DNA of 64,000 bases, from NCBI GenBank assembly GCA_013416795.1, contig RQSC01000152.1, positions 24,235-88,234 on the forward strand, in the 5' to 3' direction. The DNA comes from Prasinococcaceae sp. CCMP 1430. Lineage: Eukaryota; Plantae; Prasinodermophyta. A program made the translations under genes and the position numbers. Below are positions 1 through 10,972 of the stretch, one piece after another (positions within the stretch are counted from its first letter, which is position 1; every line of letters begins with the position of its first letter). The notes under the pieces are model-generated. The model was not told the DNA's origin. It worked only from the letters and a program-made list of their open reading frames with translations, and made no database searches.

Positions 1-34
1 GCGCACGACGTACGGCCTCGCGGATCAGTACTGG

Positions 35-1478
35 GTGGGGCAGCTCGGGACGGGAGCGGCCGTTGCGCTCGGTGGCTGCAGTTATGCGGCGTGGATCATC
101 CTCGTGCTGTGCGAGCTCGGAGAGATGGGCGTGCAGGCAATCGCAGCGTATGACGAGGGCGCGGGTCGGCGGGAGCGCGTCGCACGGACCATTGTGCAGG
201 GCTGCTGGGTCAGCGCCGGCGTCGCCCTCGCGCTGGTGCTTATGATGCCGCACGCGGACCTGTACTTCCACGCACTGGGCTTCAAACCCGGCTCGGGGGA
301 GTTCGCCGCTGGTGTGGCGTACCTGTATGCATCCATCGTCGGCGCGCTGCCGCTCGCAGTCGGCGCGGTGCTTACAGCCGGGATGCGCGGGGTGGGGCTC
401 CTGAAGCAGGCGCTTGGCATCACCACGGCGACGGTGCTCCTGAACATCCTCTTGGACCCCGTGCTCATTTGGGGCCTCGGACCATTCCCGCAGCTAGGGG
501 TTGCGGGCGCAGCATGGGGTACTACCATTAGCACGCTGCTCGGCTGCGTGCTCAGTGCGCGTGTGCTGCGCAGAGAGGGCATCAGGCTGCGCTGGATGGC
601 GCCGGTGGCCACCTTAGTCCAGCGTATCGTCAACGTCGGGTCGCCGATGTGCGTGTCGGGATTGTTGTTTTCCTTCGTGTACCTCTTTATTGGGCGCATC
701 GCAAACGACCTTGGCGCGGCCAACGTCGCAGCCCTTGGTCTGAGTCATCGCCTGGAGGTGAGGGCGCGCTGGAGTGCCCGTGCGCTGCGCGCGGCGCGTC
801 CACACAAACCATCTGGACCTTTTCACCCGCCGCCGCGTTGCGTGTGCCCCTCTGACGCGTTGCGCTCGTGCACGCGCGTGTTCCCGGTGCGCGCAGTCGG
901 TGGCATATGTCGTCTGCGAGGGTTTTGGGATTTGCGCGGCAACGCTCGTGGGGCAGTGGCTCGGCGCGCGCAAACCGACCAAGGCTCGCAACGCCGCCAA
1001 CACTGTGGCTCTCTTCTGCGCATTTGTTATGCTGCCAATGGGCTTGTTGGCTGGGCTGTGTGCCGAGCCACTGCTGTCGCTCTTCACGTCCGACCCGGCC
1101 ATAATCGCGTCGGCCACGAGGTACCTGCAGATCAACGCGGCTGTGTTCACGCTCATGGGAGTCGAAGTCGTCTTTGATGGCGCCTTCGCGGGGAGCGAGA
1201 ACACCAAACCCGTGCTCTACGTGGGGTCCACCCTCAACCTGTTGCGCCTCCCCGCGGCATACGTGTTGTCGATGACGTGTGGCCTCGGCATCGACGGGGT
1301 ATGGATCGCCATTGCACTCTCCACGAGCCTGAAGGCAATCTACAAGGCGCTATGCTTCTGCAGGCAGAGGCTGCGCGGCGAGGAGGAGCGCACCAACTGG
1401 CTGTGGGTGCCAGTGCCATGGGAGTGGGGCCCGGACTTCATGAAGAGGGCCGCGCGTGCGCGCGCCTCACGGGTGTGA
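35..1478 (+). CDS. MATE (DinF/NorM-like) multidrug/toxin efflux transporter, 5' end probably outside the window; intron 758-896
   Basis: Many TM helices and MATE-like motifs (NILLDPVLIWGLGPFPQLGVAGAAWGT; FAGSENTKPVL). Joining GAG|gtgagg (758) to gcgcag|TCG (896) links ORF 35..1177 to ORF 774..1478 in frame; CTGAC branch site near 852. Confidence 0.85.
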
Positions 1479-1549
1479 GTGCAATACATCGACAATTTTG
1501 TTTTTACAAGACACGTGCGTCGTACTGTGGCGTATATCACAAGCTAGTA

Positions 1550-3166
1550 CTAGTCGCCCTTAGTCGCACGTGCAGATTGGCGCGCACGCGCCCTGACCGC
1601 GAGCCGCGCGGCTATGCCGCTGGCGATGGTGCAAAACGCGACGCCGTACGCCCACACGGCCGTCGCGGCAAGCGCGTCTGATGCCACCAGCGTGTCCATC
1701 GACATGTTGGTTAGGCCAGTGAGCATATTGGCTGCTAGAAAGGCATACAGGCCCGCGTCGTTTAGGTCTTGTGCCACTCGTGGCGGCCAGCGCGAGTATG
1801 CCCGCGTCGAGGCAGGCACGACGCTTTCCAGCACCCACTCCATGCACGCGAGTCCCGCCAGCGTGCTGCAAACGTGCGCGAGCGTAAAGAGCACGTACTG
1901 AGCGTTGGCCATGCGCCGCGAGGTGGCACGCGCAGGGTCGAAGCTGGCGTCGCTGTCGCGGTTTCCGCGAGCGCAGCCATCCCCAAGCACGCGCACAGCA
2001 CCCAGGGCCCAAGCACCGCACGCGGCGAACGCGATGGCCACGAGCGCCGCCACGAAGTCGCCGCGCCGCGCCGCGCCGCGCCGCGCCGCGTAGTCGGCAG
2101 CTGAACGCAGCGTGCCGCCGAGCGCGCGCCCAAGCAGCATGAGCGCAACGTAGCCGCCCAGACTGCCCACTCCCTCCTTGTTCATCGAGAGCAGGGTTGC
2201 GTCGCGCTCCTCTGCGACGATCCATGCGCCGAGTGGCGTCCGAGTGAGCGCGAGCTCGTGCGCCACGACAGCAGCCCCGCCCAGGAGCCACGCGCTGGCG
2301 AGCGTGCGCGGCGGCGGCAGCGTCGCAACGACGACTGACGCACACGCGAGCGAGGCGAAGAAGCTCCAGTGCGCGCCGTACTCCCCTACATGGGTCTGAT
2401 AGCCAACTGCGGCCACAGCGAGTGGTCGCGCGACCGCGAGTACCAGGAGCGGCGCCGACTTGGCGACAGCTGCACGCACGCGCCCCACCGCAGCGCCCAG
2501 CCACCCTCGCGTTTGTGAGTCGCCCCGGCTCTCCGGAGGGCCCCAGCCGCCACGCCCTAGCCCTGCCGCCATTCCCGCCGCCGCGACGAAGCACCCTTGC
2601 CCAGCATCCATGACGCTCACACCGTTCCGCTCCGTCTTCGCCAGACGCCTGGGAAATGCGTTGAAGTCGACGGCGAGGATGGCGACGCACGTCGTGAGGA
2701 GCATGGCACCTCGGTACGCCGTCACCACCGCGAGGCGATCGTTCGAAAGGGTGCGTTCCGCGAGGCCCTGCTCGACCGTGCACGCGCCCACACTCTCATT
2801 GCGTCGCTGCGCGCTTTGCACAACCCCGTGGCTGTTGCGGCGGTCGTCGCCGGTGCGGGCACCGCCACCACCGCCGTAGCGCGCGAGTGCAAGCACCGCC
2901 ACGACGAGAGTCAACGCGACGGGTGCAGCGCCGCGGGGTGCGAAGAATGCTGCTTCGACGACGGCGATCGCGATGCCTGTGGAGAGCACGCAAGTCAGCG
3001 CGCCTCCCGCTGCCCGGTATCGCCGCGCGAGCAGGGCCTCTGCGAGCCATGCAGCCACGAGGGCCACGGGCGCGGCAAGCGCCGACACGGCGGCAATCTC
3101 GCCCACGCCGCCGCCGGAGAGGCCCGAGACGAACGCCTCCTTCGCAGCACGCGACGCAGCGTGCAT
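1550..3166 (-). CDS. GWT1: GPI inositol acyltransferase GWT1/PIG-W
   Basis: Starts MHAASRAAKEAFVSGLSGG. Contains the motifs AILAVDFNAFPRRLAKTE, QTHVGEYGAHWSFF, MNKEG, SRRMAN and FLAANMLTGLTN typical of the GWT1 family. Intronless. Confidence 0.92.
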   Translation of the reverse strand: MHAASRAAKEAFVSGLSGGGVGEIAAVSALAAPVALVAAWLAEALLARRYRAAGGALTCVLSTGIAIAVVEAAFFAPRGAAPVALTLVVAVLALARYGGGGGARTGDDRRNSHGVVQSAQRRNESVGACTVEQGLAERTLSNDRLAVVTAYRGAMLLTTCVAILAVDFNAFPRRLAKTERNGVSVMDAGQGCFVAAAGMAAGLGRGGWGPPESRGDSQTRGWLGAAVGRVRAAVAKSAPLLVLAVARPLAVAAVGYQTHVGEYGAHWSFFASLACASVVVATLPPPRTLASAWLLGGAAVVAHELALTRTPLGAWIVAEERDATLLSMNKEGVGSLGGYVALMLLGRALGGTLRSAADYAARRGAARRGDFVAALVAIAFAACGAWALGAVRVLGDGCARGNRDSDASFDPARATSRRMANAQYVLFTLAHVCSTLAGLACMEWVLESVVPASTRAYSRWPPRVAQDLNDAGLYAFLAANMLTGLTNMSMDTLVASDALAATAVWAYGVAFCTIASGIAARLAVRARARQSARATKGD

Positions 3167-3533
3167 GGCCGCGGCGCCGCATGGTGCGCGTGCGTGTGGC
3201 GCGCCCGTGGCACCGCTCGACGCGATCGTCTCCGTGTCGAGCGCCGCCGTCTCCGTGTCGGTTACCAGGCTCGTGCATGTATTGTGTGTGCGTGTGTGTG
3301 TGTGTGAAAACAACCCACGGGCGAGCCATCGTCATGATGGCGCGGTTACTGTTGCTTTTGGTGCATCTTGTCCTACCGGCGGGTTGTACTGTACCACGTC
3401 GCACTTACGTAAAAACTTCGTCAAACTTCGTGCTGGCTCGCACCAGTTTTTTTGTCGTCGTACCCCGGCTCAACACGGCCGCGCGTCGTCCCCCGACGCA
3501 CCCCGACGACCGCGATATTTATTGGATTTGCAT

Positions 3534-4181
3534 ATGCAACGGTCGGCTCGCTCGGCCCCGCGTCGGCGACGCCTCGCTCACAACCGGCTCCAGACGCACG
3601 TGGTCAGGGCAGTGGTGCAAACAGGGTGCACTACACGGGTGTGGCGCGACCTGCGCGTCGATCGAGGGCTCGTCGTGCGAAAAGATCCGTCCGTGGCTTT
3701 TTCGTCCGTCCGTGGAATTCAAACCGATCCGAGGGCCCCCAACCGACACGCGCATATGCTCCTCTCCTATCGACCGACCGAATGCCAATTGCCCATCGGC
3801 TTCATCAAGCAAGGAAGCTGGCTGCGGGCGTCATGCCAGCATATGTTGTGGGAGCGTGTCGAACAAGATGTGCACCCTCGATCGATGGATCATCATGAGC
3901 TGCCCGCGCCCGTGGACCCTGCTGCAGAGTGCAGGCGTCGCTCGAAGATCGACAGTTCCCCCGCTCCTAAACAGGGCGAGCCTCGGTCGGTCGGTCGGTT
4001 GTCCCCACAGCCTGCGAGCGGATGCAGCGCGTCGCGCGCTGCAGCCACACGCACGGCGCAGCGCGGGGTTACAAAACGCAACGCGAGCCGCTGCGCTCGC
4101 CATCCGGCGCCGACAGGCTGTCTGCGCGCGCCGACAGCCTGTCGCAGCGGGAACTGCTGGGCGGCGGCGCGTGCGGTTTGA
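3534..4181 (+). CDS. hypothetical ORF (216 aa from ATG 3534), no recognisable family
   Basis: Open frame with mixed, protein-like composition (WRDLRVDRGLVV...HMLWERVEQD), divergent from GWT1. No motif recognised. Confidence 0.2.
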   Translation: MQRSARSAPRRRRLAHNRLQTHVVRAVVQTGCTTRVWRDLRVDRGLVVRKDPSVAFSSVRGIQTDPRAPNRHAHMLLSYRPTECQLPIGFIKQGSWLRASCQHMLWERVEQDVHPRSMDHHELPAPVDPAAECRRRSKIDSSPAPKQGEPRSVGRLSPQPASGCSASRAAATRTAQRGVTKRNASRCARHPAPTGCLRAPTACRSGNCWAAARAV

Positions 4182-5477
4182 TGGACGGCGCAGGGCGGGC
4201 GGCGCGCGGGCCAGATACGCGCGGTGCGGCGGGCGACGCCTGCCGCTCGTTCGCGGTCGAGGAACTCCCCTGGCTGGCAGCCCCGTCCATCCCGGGGCCG
4301 GGTGGCAGACCCTCGTTCAGTCAGGCTTCGGTCGAGGAGAGGCGGTGAGTGGGCGTTCATACCGGGATGCCTCGATGGGCGCACCCCGGGGTCATTCCGC
4401 CGGCGGGGGGCCTGCCCCCAACCCAGATCTGGTGCCGTGATCGCGGCCGCCCGCCGCTGCGCCAGCCAGTCTGTCGAGCGCCCGCGCTGCCCCGCGTAAG
4501 CTATGGTTCATAGGCGCGCTTCCGCGGGGCGGGCTCCGGCCGCCCCCCCCCCCCCCCGCCGTCGCCGCCGCTGCCATCAGTCAGGGTCTACGCGTTCCGC
4601 GCCCGGGCGCAGCGGCAGGCGCGCGCGCGGGCGTTCGGGGAACGGCCGCTCATCAAATCCCATCCGAGTCGCGCGCGGCGCTTCGCGCGGCGAGCGACGG
4701 GTTTCGAGTGGGTTCCGCTCGGCCGGGCGCGTGTGGCGNACGTGCAGGTTGGGCACCGGCGACGACATGCTCGTGTCCGGAGGCGAGCAGGCGGGCGGGT
4801 CGGTCTGGGGCAGATGCGGGCGGAGAGTGCGTGGCTGCGGTCGCGCGCGCTGTGGCGCGCCCGCGCCCCCCTCTCTCCCCTCCCCCTTCCGTGCGGCGCG
4901 GGCGGCGCGCCCGCCCGTCGCCGCGCGGCGCGTGGCAGCCCCGCACTCCCACGTGGCAGCGATCGCAACGGCCCCCAGAAAAATCCGCCGCGGCGGCCCT
5001 TCCGAGGCCCAACCGGCGCTCAAACGTAAGCACACCTTCGATTGACACCGGCGGCATTCACAGACCGCAGATACTGCAATGATTAAAACTGCCCATGATG
5101 TGATATGATATGATACGCGCGGCCAAAATGATACTTTTCTGACAATGTCTGGCAATGCCTGCTCCGTCCGCCCGACGCCCGAGGCGAGGGCGCGTGCCGA
5201 CGGCGTGCAGGGCGAAATCTCCGCGAGGATCTCCGAGGCGGCGCCGGCTGGGGTTCTAGAAGGATCGGACGCGCGGAGAGGGGGGCTTCCGTCCCGAGCA
5301 CGTGTGTGTGCGTGTGTGTGCGCGTGTGTGCGTGTATGTGCGGGCGGGCGGCGCGATCGCTGCGCGGGGCAACGGACCGCTGTGGTGGCGGGGGGGGGAG
5401 AGAGGCGCCGGTGGCCATACTGCGTGCGAAGGCGCGCGCAGACCACGAGCGCACGCGTGCGCTCGGCCACAGCCGCC

Positions 5478-7022
5478 ATGGTGTCCTTGCGCGCGGTCTG
5501 CGCGGCGGCAGGCGTCGCCGCGGCGGGCCTCGCCGCGGCCACGCCCGCAGCCGCTGACTTTGCTACGACCGGGTGCGGCTACGGCTACGGCTACGGTTAC
5601 GGCTACGACTACGGCTACTCGGCCGCCGGGGGCTGGTACGGCGACGGCTACGGCTACGGAGATGACCTCGTCTTCGGCCACTTCCCCTGCGTCCCGCCCG
5701 CGCCTGTGCTGCCGCCCGCGGCGATGCCGCCGCCGATGACAACAATGCCGCCGCCGGTGCCGCCATCGGTGTCGCCGACGATGCCGCCGACGATGCCGCC
5801 GTCGATTAAGCCGAGCGTGCCCCCGATGCCCGCTGTCACCTACCCTCCCATGGGCGGCTACTACGGCTATGAATTCGTTGGCGAGTACGGCCTCCCTCCG
5901 ATGAGCCCCCCCGAATTCGACCAGGACAAGTGCATCTGCGACCCCTCAGAGCTCCTCGCTATCTTCGGCGAAGTCTCCGAGAAGACGCTCAACTCGTACG
6001 GCGAGGCCGTCGTCCAGGCGATCACATCGTCTGATGAGCAGTACGGCCTGCTCATCACGGGCGAGCCGTGCGAGTGCCCGGTGTCCTCTCCTCCCGTCGC
6101 GTCGTCGCCCACGGGCAAGTCGCCGGTGCCCTCGCCGCCCCCCACCCCTACGCGTACTGTGGTTACCACCGTCGCGTTCGGCAGCGCCGAGGACCTGGCA
6201 GCGTTCGACATCGACCAAGCAATCGCGGATGCTGTGGCAGACCAATTGGCAAAACTCGGCGAGGGCGCTTCGGTCGATGCGACAGCCAAGATTGTCGTGA
6301 CCGCGGTCTACCTGAAGCCGGACTCAATCACTTGCGCGGTTTTCGTCGCTGGCTACGCCACGGCGTCCGGAATTGACGCAACTCTCGTGGACGGTGGGTG
6401 TGATGCCAGGCATCGCCTCGGACGTTCGATGCTCGAGGCTTCGGAGTCGTCCGAGATTAGCATCGTGGTGGAGGTCGACGCAGCGCAAAAAGACTTGGCG
6501 GTTTTGGCCGCTGGCCTGAACGTGGACAGCCTCTCGGCCGAGCTCGGTGTGACCATCGAGCAGATCGGCGAGATCAGCATTGATTTGGTGCTCACCTTCG
6601 AGATCATCGCGATGGACGCCGGCCTCGACCTCGACGGCCTTGACTTGGCTGGGGAGATTTTGGGCGCCATCGAAGCCGTCGCGGACGCGGCTGGCATCTC
6701 AGTCGATGTCGAGACCACTGTCGAGGAGGAGGACGAGACACCCGCAGACGAGACGCCCGCGTCGAGCCCGCCGCCGCCCGCGGGCACCGTGGAGACGCCC
6801 GCGTCGAGCCCGCCGCCGCCCGCGGTCACCGAGGAGGACGACGACGGTTCGAGCGGGCTCGACGGCGGCGCCGCCGCGGGCATTGCCGTGGCGGTCGTTG
6901 TCGTCGTCGCCATCGGCGCCTTCGTCGTCTTGCGCATGCGCAAGAATGCGGAGGAGGAGAGCTTCGACACGCTTGGCGAGGGCGGCGCGATGCAAGAGGC
7001 CGCCTCGGGTGGGCGCGTGTAG
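5478..7022 (+). CDS. type I membrane / cell-surface glycoprotein with Gly-Tyr repeats and Pro-rich (extensin-like) segments
   Basis: Strong start context gccgccATGg; signal peptide MVSLRAVCAAAGVAAAGLAAA; GYGYGYGYGYDYGY; MPP/SPP runs; SSPPPP repeats; C-terminal TM GIAVAVVVVVAIGAFVVL followed by RMRK. Confidence 0.75.
   Translation: MVSLRAVCAAAGVAAAGLAAATPAAADFATTGCGYGYGYGYGYDYGYSAAGGWYGDGYGYGDDLVFGHFPCVPPAPVLPPAAMPPPMTTMPPPVPPSVSPTMPPTMPPSIKPSVPPMPAVTYPPMGGYYGYEFVGEYGLPPMSPPEFDQDKCICDPSELLAIFGEVSEKTLNSYGEAVVQAITSSDEQYGLLITGEPCECPVSSPPVASSPTGKSPVPSPPPTPTRTVVTTVAFGSAEDLAAFDIDQAIADAVADQLAKLGEGASVDATAKIVVTAVYLKPDSITCAVFVAGYATASGIDATLVDGGCDARHRLGRSMLEASESSEISIVVEVDAAQKDLAVLAAGLNVDSLSAELGVTIEQIGEISIDLVLTFEIIAMDAGLDLDGLDLAGEILGAIEAVADAAGISVDVETTVEEEDETPADETPASSPPPPAGTVETPASSPPPPAVTEEDDDGSSGLDGGAAAGIAVAVVVVVAIGAFVVLRMRKNAEEESFDTLGEGGAMQEAASGGRV
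6750..6825 (+). repeat. 34-nt direct repeat encoding ETPASSPPPPA twice
   Basis: gagacgcccgcgtcgagcccgccgccgcccgcgg at 6750-6783 and 6792-6825. Confidence 0.9.
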
Positions 7023-7195
7023 GCGGTGCTCGCGAGGATCGCAGTGGATGGTAGCTTGCCGGACGGGCGATAGCTCGGACGAGCGCCTCCGCGAGCGAGC
7101 GCCTCCGCTGTCTGGGCTTGCGCCTCGCGGGCGTGAGAGCAGGCGGCGGGCGCAGACGCGAGGAGCCGTCGCGCGCCTGCGTTGCAGCTAGGCGG

Positions 7196-7200
7196 TGTAA
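7196..7200 (+). terminator. putative chlorophyte-type TGTAA polyadenylation signal
   Basis: TGTAA 174 nt after the stop at 7022. Similar sites at 28763 (+) and 1504-1508 (-, after GWT1). Confidence 0.45.
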
Positions 7201-7403
7201 TACACGGCAATTGTGTGTATCATCGATTTCGAGCACGTCGCCACGCCCGCGCGTGACCGCATCTCGCGCGTGGCGCGTGTCTTAGCGCGCGCGCGCGCCC
7301 TGCTGCGCGCGAGCAGCGACGTGCTGCGCGACCTGACGACACCACGGTCGGTGGCTTCACGACGCAGCCCCTACCACCCCGAGCGGGCCATGGGGCACAC
7401 TGC

Positions 7404-8916
7404 TCAACCCCCGGGAGACTGCTTGACCTCACCGTCGGGATAAATCTCCTCTAGCAGATCAGCGTCGTCGTCCTCGCTCTCCATAGTTAGATCAGGGCGA
7501 ACTTCCGAGGCTCGCACGTCGTGGCTCGGCTCCGTATCCTGTGATCCGACGGGGCGACGCGCCGTCAGAAGCAGCGCAAATGCTGCGCGTCGAGAGCGCC
7601 TCGGCCGAGGCCCGTGCGCTCCGCGCCTGCGCGTCGTGCACCTCGCGCGCGCGTCTGGGCCACAAGATCTCGCCCGCCCGCGCGCACGTACCACATCCTG
7701 AATGCGATCCAGCTCAACCGGGCCATCGCGTGCCCGCTTCTGCGCAGGAGAGCCGCTGTCCTCGTCGTCGTCGTCAAGGACAGTAGCTCCGCCGCGCCCA
7801 CCGCGGCGTCCCACTCCAGCCTCCGCGGCAGCGCGCACCTCCTCGTCGTCGTCTACGAGCTCATCCAGCACAGCATCATCGTCCTCGAAACCGACGTCCC
7901 CCTGCGGTTTTATCCCCGCATCGCGTGTGCGCGAGCGAATGCACGATGCGCCCAAAGCGAGCCCCGCCGCCAGGTGGTGGCCACGCCGCGCGCGCGCGAA
8001 AGTCAGCACGGGCGGGGGCTCGCGTGAATGAAAGGATAGGTGTTCGCCATGCGCGGCCATGCAAGCACGCATCCGGCACCCGGGAGCGCACCTCTTCATC
8101 GTCTGTAGCTCCCTCGTACGCTGCAAAGTCGTCCTCTTCGTCGTCCTCACTCGTGCGCTCGGGAGGTGGCGGCGCCGGCCCCCTGTGCTTGGTAAAGAAG
8201 TCGGTCATGCTCTTCATCTTGGGGAGCGTTGGCGCCCTGTCCACCTTCTTTCCCCGTTTCGACGTGTCCGCGCCCGTGGCGGGCTCACCTCCTTCCTCGC
8301 CATCGCCAACCCTCTCGCCCTCAGCGCCGTCGCTGGGCGCCCTTCGTCCGGGCTTGCTGGCGTTTGCCACCGCCGCTGCTTCGGCCACCTCGCCCGCCAT
8401 GCTCTTCATCACATCAACGAGGAAGTGCAGCCGGTCGTTCTCACGGCGCGCGCACACCTCGGCGACGTCGTTTATCTTGATCGTGCGGCGGCCCGCCGAC
8501 TTGGCCGCGGCGGCGGCGTGGTCCGTCAGTCCCGAGAGAAACGCCTCGGTCGCCACGGCTGTGAGCAGCAGCGCCTCCTTGGAGTATCGACCGACCTCCT
8601 TATCCATCTTCATTATGCGCCCCACACGCGCCAGCGGTAGCTGCGAGATTGGCGGCTGCGGCGCTGAGGCGCCATCGCCGCCATCGCCGGCGGCATTGGC
8701 GCCGCCTTCTGGGTCAGCGGCCGCAGCGGCTGCGGCCTCCTGCTCTGCCCGCTGTTTAAAGGCCGCGCGCTCCTCCTCTGAGAGCGCCCTCCAGCGCACG
8801 CCCAGGGCCTTCGCCACGTCAGTCACGCCAGCCTTGGCGCCCGACTCGAGCAGCGACTCCTTGACCTCCTCGCGCGCCTGCCTGGTGAAGACGAAGTACG
8901 CCGAAACGCGGCCCAT
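7404..8916 (-). CDS. HMG-box + histone-fold (NF-YC/DPB3/CHRAC-like) protein with acidic tail; introns about 7902-8091 and 7539-7691
   Basis: N-terminus SAYFVFTRQAREEVKE...TDVAKALGVRWRALSEEERAAFKQRAE is an HMG box. LPLARVGRIMKMDKEV...KEALLLTAVATEAFL...RRTIKINDV...LHFL is a histone fold. Junctions GAG|gtgcgc...ccgcag|GGG and GTG|gtacgt...cacag|GAT keep the frame. Confidence 0.8.
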
Positions 8917-9469
8917 TGCCCCCTGCGGAGGCCCAGCAGGGTCCTCCGGTGGCGCGCGCCCCTCCGTGCCCAAGCTCGCTCGCACTCACGCTCGCGCGCC
9001 GCGCAGAGGGGCGCTGCCGGCGCCACAGCCGCTCGCCGGCGCGGGCGATCCCCGCCTGCCGCCCCAGGCCGCGGCCGCTCCCCGCCGCCCCGCGCGCCAC
9101 GCGCGCTCTGTAGCAGGCTGCCGGGGCAGCGCGCGACGAATTTCGCGCGCGCGGGTGAGTTCTCCAGAGGCAGCATGCAGCAGGTGGCAGTTGCGGTTCA
9201 TTTGAAATGATCAATTCAACAGTTTGTGTATTTCGAGCAGGGTTGCGCCAGAGGGCCCGCGGCAACGCGGCAACGCGCGGCCACGCGGCCGCCGCGTCGG
9301 CCCGCGCGACGGCGTCACTGGCCATGGCAGGCTGGCTTGTGCGCTCGCGAGGAGTGGAGTCGGCGCTTCGAGTGCGATTCGTGCCTGGCGAGGCGCGAGG
9401 GCGGTGCCGCGCGCGTGCGCGCGCGCAAGTGAGACAGCAGCCGTCGCGCAGCCTACTTCCAGGCCGTGC

Positions 9470-10760
9470 TCAGTCCTCGTCGTCGGACTCTTTCTCGCGG
9501 ATGTCCTCGCCGAGCTCGCCGGAGAACATCCGTAGCGCCATCTTGAGGATGAGCGCGATCCAGTAGATGTGAATGGGCAGCAGCGCGGCCAACGCAATCG
9601 TAAGAGCGAACTCCATGCCGGTGGTGCAGCTGTAGGCTCCGCAGCGCGTTACGCCCGGGCCGTTTGTGACCGCGCTCAGGATGACGAAGGGATAGTAGCA
9701 CAAACGCACGACAATGAAGAGCAGCGCGAAGATGGCGAAGAAGACGTCCTTGATGAGACCCTTGGGCGCAAGGTAGTTGCAACACTTGGCCACGTGCAGC
9801 GGCGGATCCGCCACGTTGTGAAGCAGCATGACTATTATGCCCACGCGCATCTCGCCGATGCTGTAGCTGAAGCCCGTCAGAAACGCGGTGATGAAGTGGT
9901 GCAGCATCATCTCCTTGAAGTCCTTCTTGCGGTTGGCCACGTCGAGGACCATGTAGACGATGCCCGCGACGTACCAGGAGATCTGAACGCGGCGCGGTGG
10001 CGAGGAGGCATTAGCACGCGTAGGCGCCCACGTCGGTGGACGCCCGGGGGCGACGTGCAGGCGTGCGCGCGGGCCGTTGGCATGGTCGACCAGTGCGCTC
10101 GACGGCGTCAGCTCGATGGCGGCAGCCGCGGGACGCCATGCCTGGCGCGCCTCCAGCGAACCAGGGCACGCACGCCAGCGTCATGAGATGCATGGGCAGA
10201 GCAACCGGCAACGCCTGGCCCCATGACTTTGCACCCACGCGGGCGCGCTGATCACCTCCGCGCCTGCGCGCTGCTGGCTCTGCCTGCGCAGCGCGCTGAC
10301 GCACCTCCAGGAGGTACATGAATTTTAGCTCCATCGCAACCTCGGTCCAAGCGCCGCCGGGCCACAAGAGTTTGTAGTCGCGCATCCATTCGTACCTCCA
10401 GGCGAAGCGGAAGGACATCGCCAGCGAGGTGGAGTAGTAAATGAGCTCGCGGAACGAGCTCGCGAACTTCTGGCGCGAGCGGTGCTTGGCCACGCCGAGC
10501 GCAGCGCCCAGCGGCGGGAAGAGCACGTACTGGGAAGCGAAGTAAAACGCGAGCATCAAGGCGCAGTTCGTCACGAGCACCCACACATCGCGCGGATCGG
10601 ACAGCATGGTCGGTGCCATCCTCGTCCCGATAAGCTCATCCCCTGGAGCGAAGAAGGCCGCCCGCGCGTGTTCGAAGAGCTCGAACGCGTATGAGACGCC
10701 CGCGACCGGCCCGCGCGCCATGGCGCAGGCCTCCTCGACGGTCGCAAGCTGCCGACGCAT
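9470..10760 (-). CDS. TLC-domain ceramide synthase (LAG1/ASC1 family); intron 9983-10304
   Basis: The spliced product reads MELKFMYLLE|ISWY...RKKDFKEMMLHHFIT...VMLLHNVADPPLHVAKCCNY, which is the Lag1 motif. Splice sites GAG|gtgcgt and ttcag|ATC. The start codon is uncertain (10760 or 10722). Confidence 0.9.
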
Positions 10761-10972
10761 GTCGGCCAGGGCCCCATCGAAAAGAGAGCGAGCGGGCGAG
10801 CGCGGGCCCGACGGTTGACGGTTGGCGCGGCTCACCCGGCTCACCCGGGCGCGTTCGAGCGCCGGGGGCACGCTCTTGCTCTTGGCCGCGGAAGGTGGCG
10901 CGGCGGCCGCCCCCTCGGGCGCCGACCGCAGCGCTGGCTGCCCACGCACCCCGCGGCTGGGGTGGGAGGGCC

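Noticed and set aside
3526-3533. ATTTGCAT octamer suggesting an snRNA promoter
   Set aside because: The octamer is a metazoan element, and no snRNA-like sequence or Sm site was recognised nearby.
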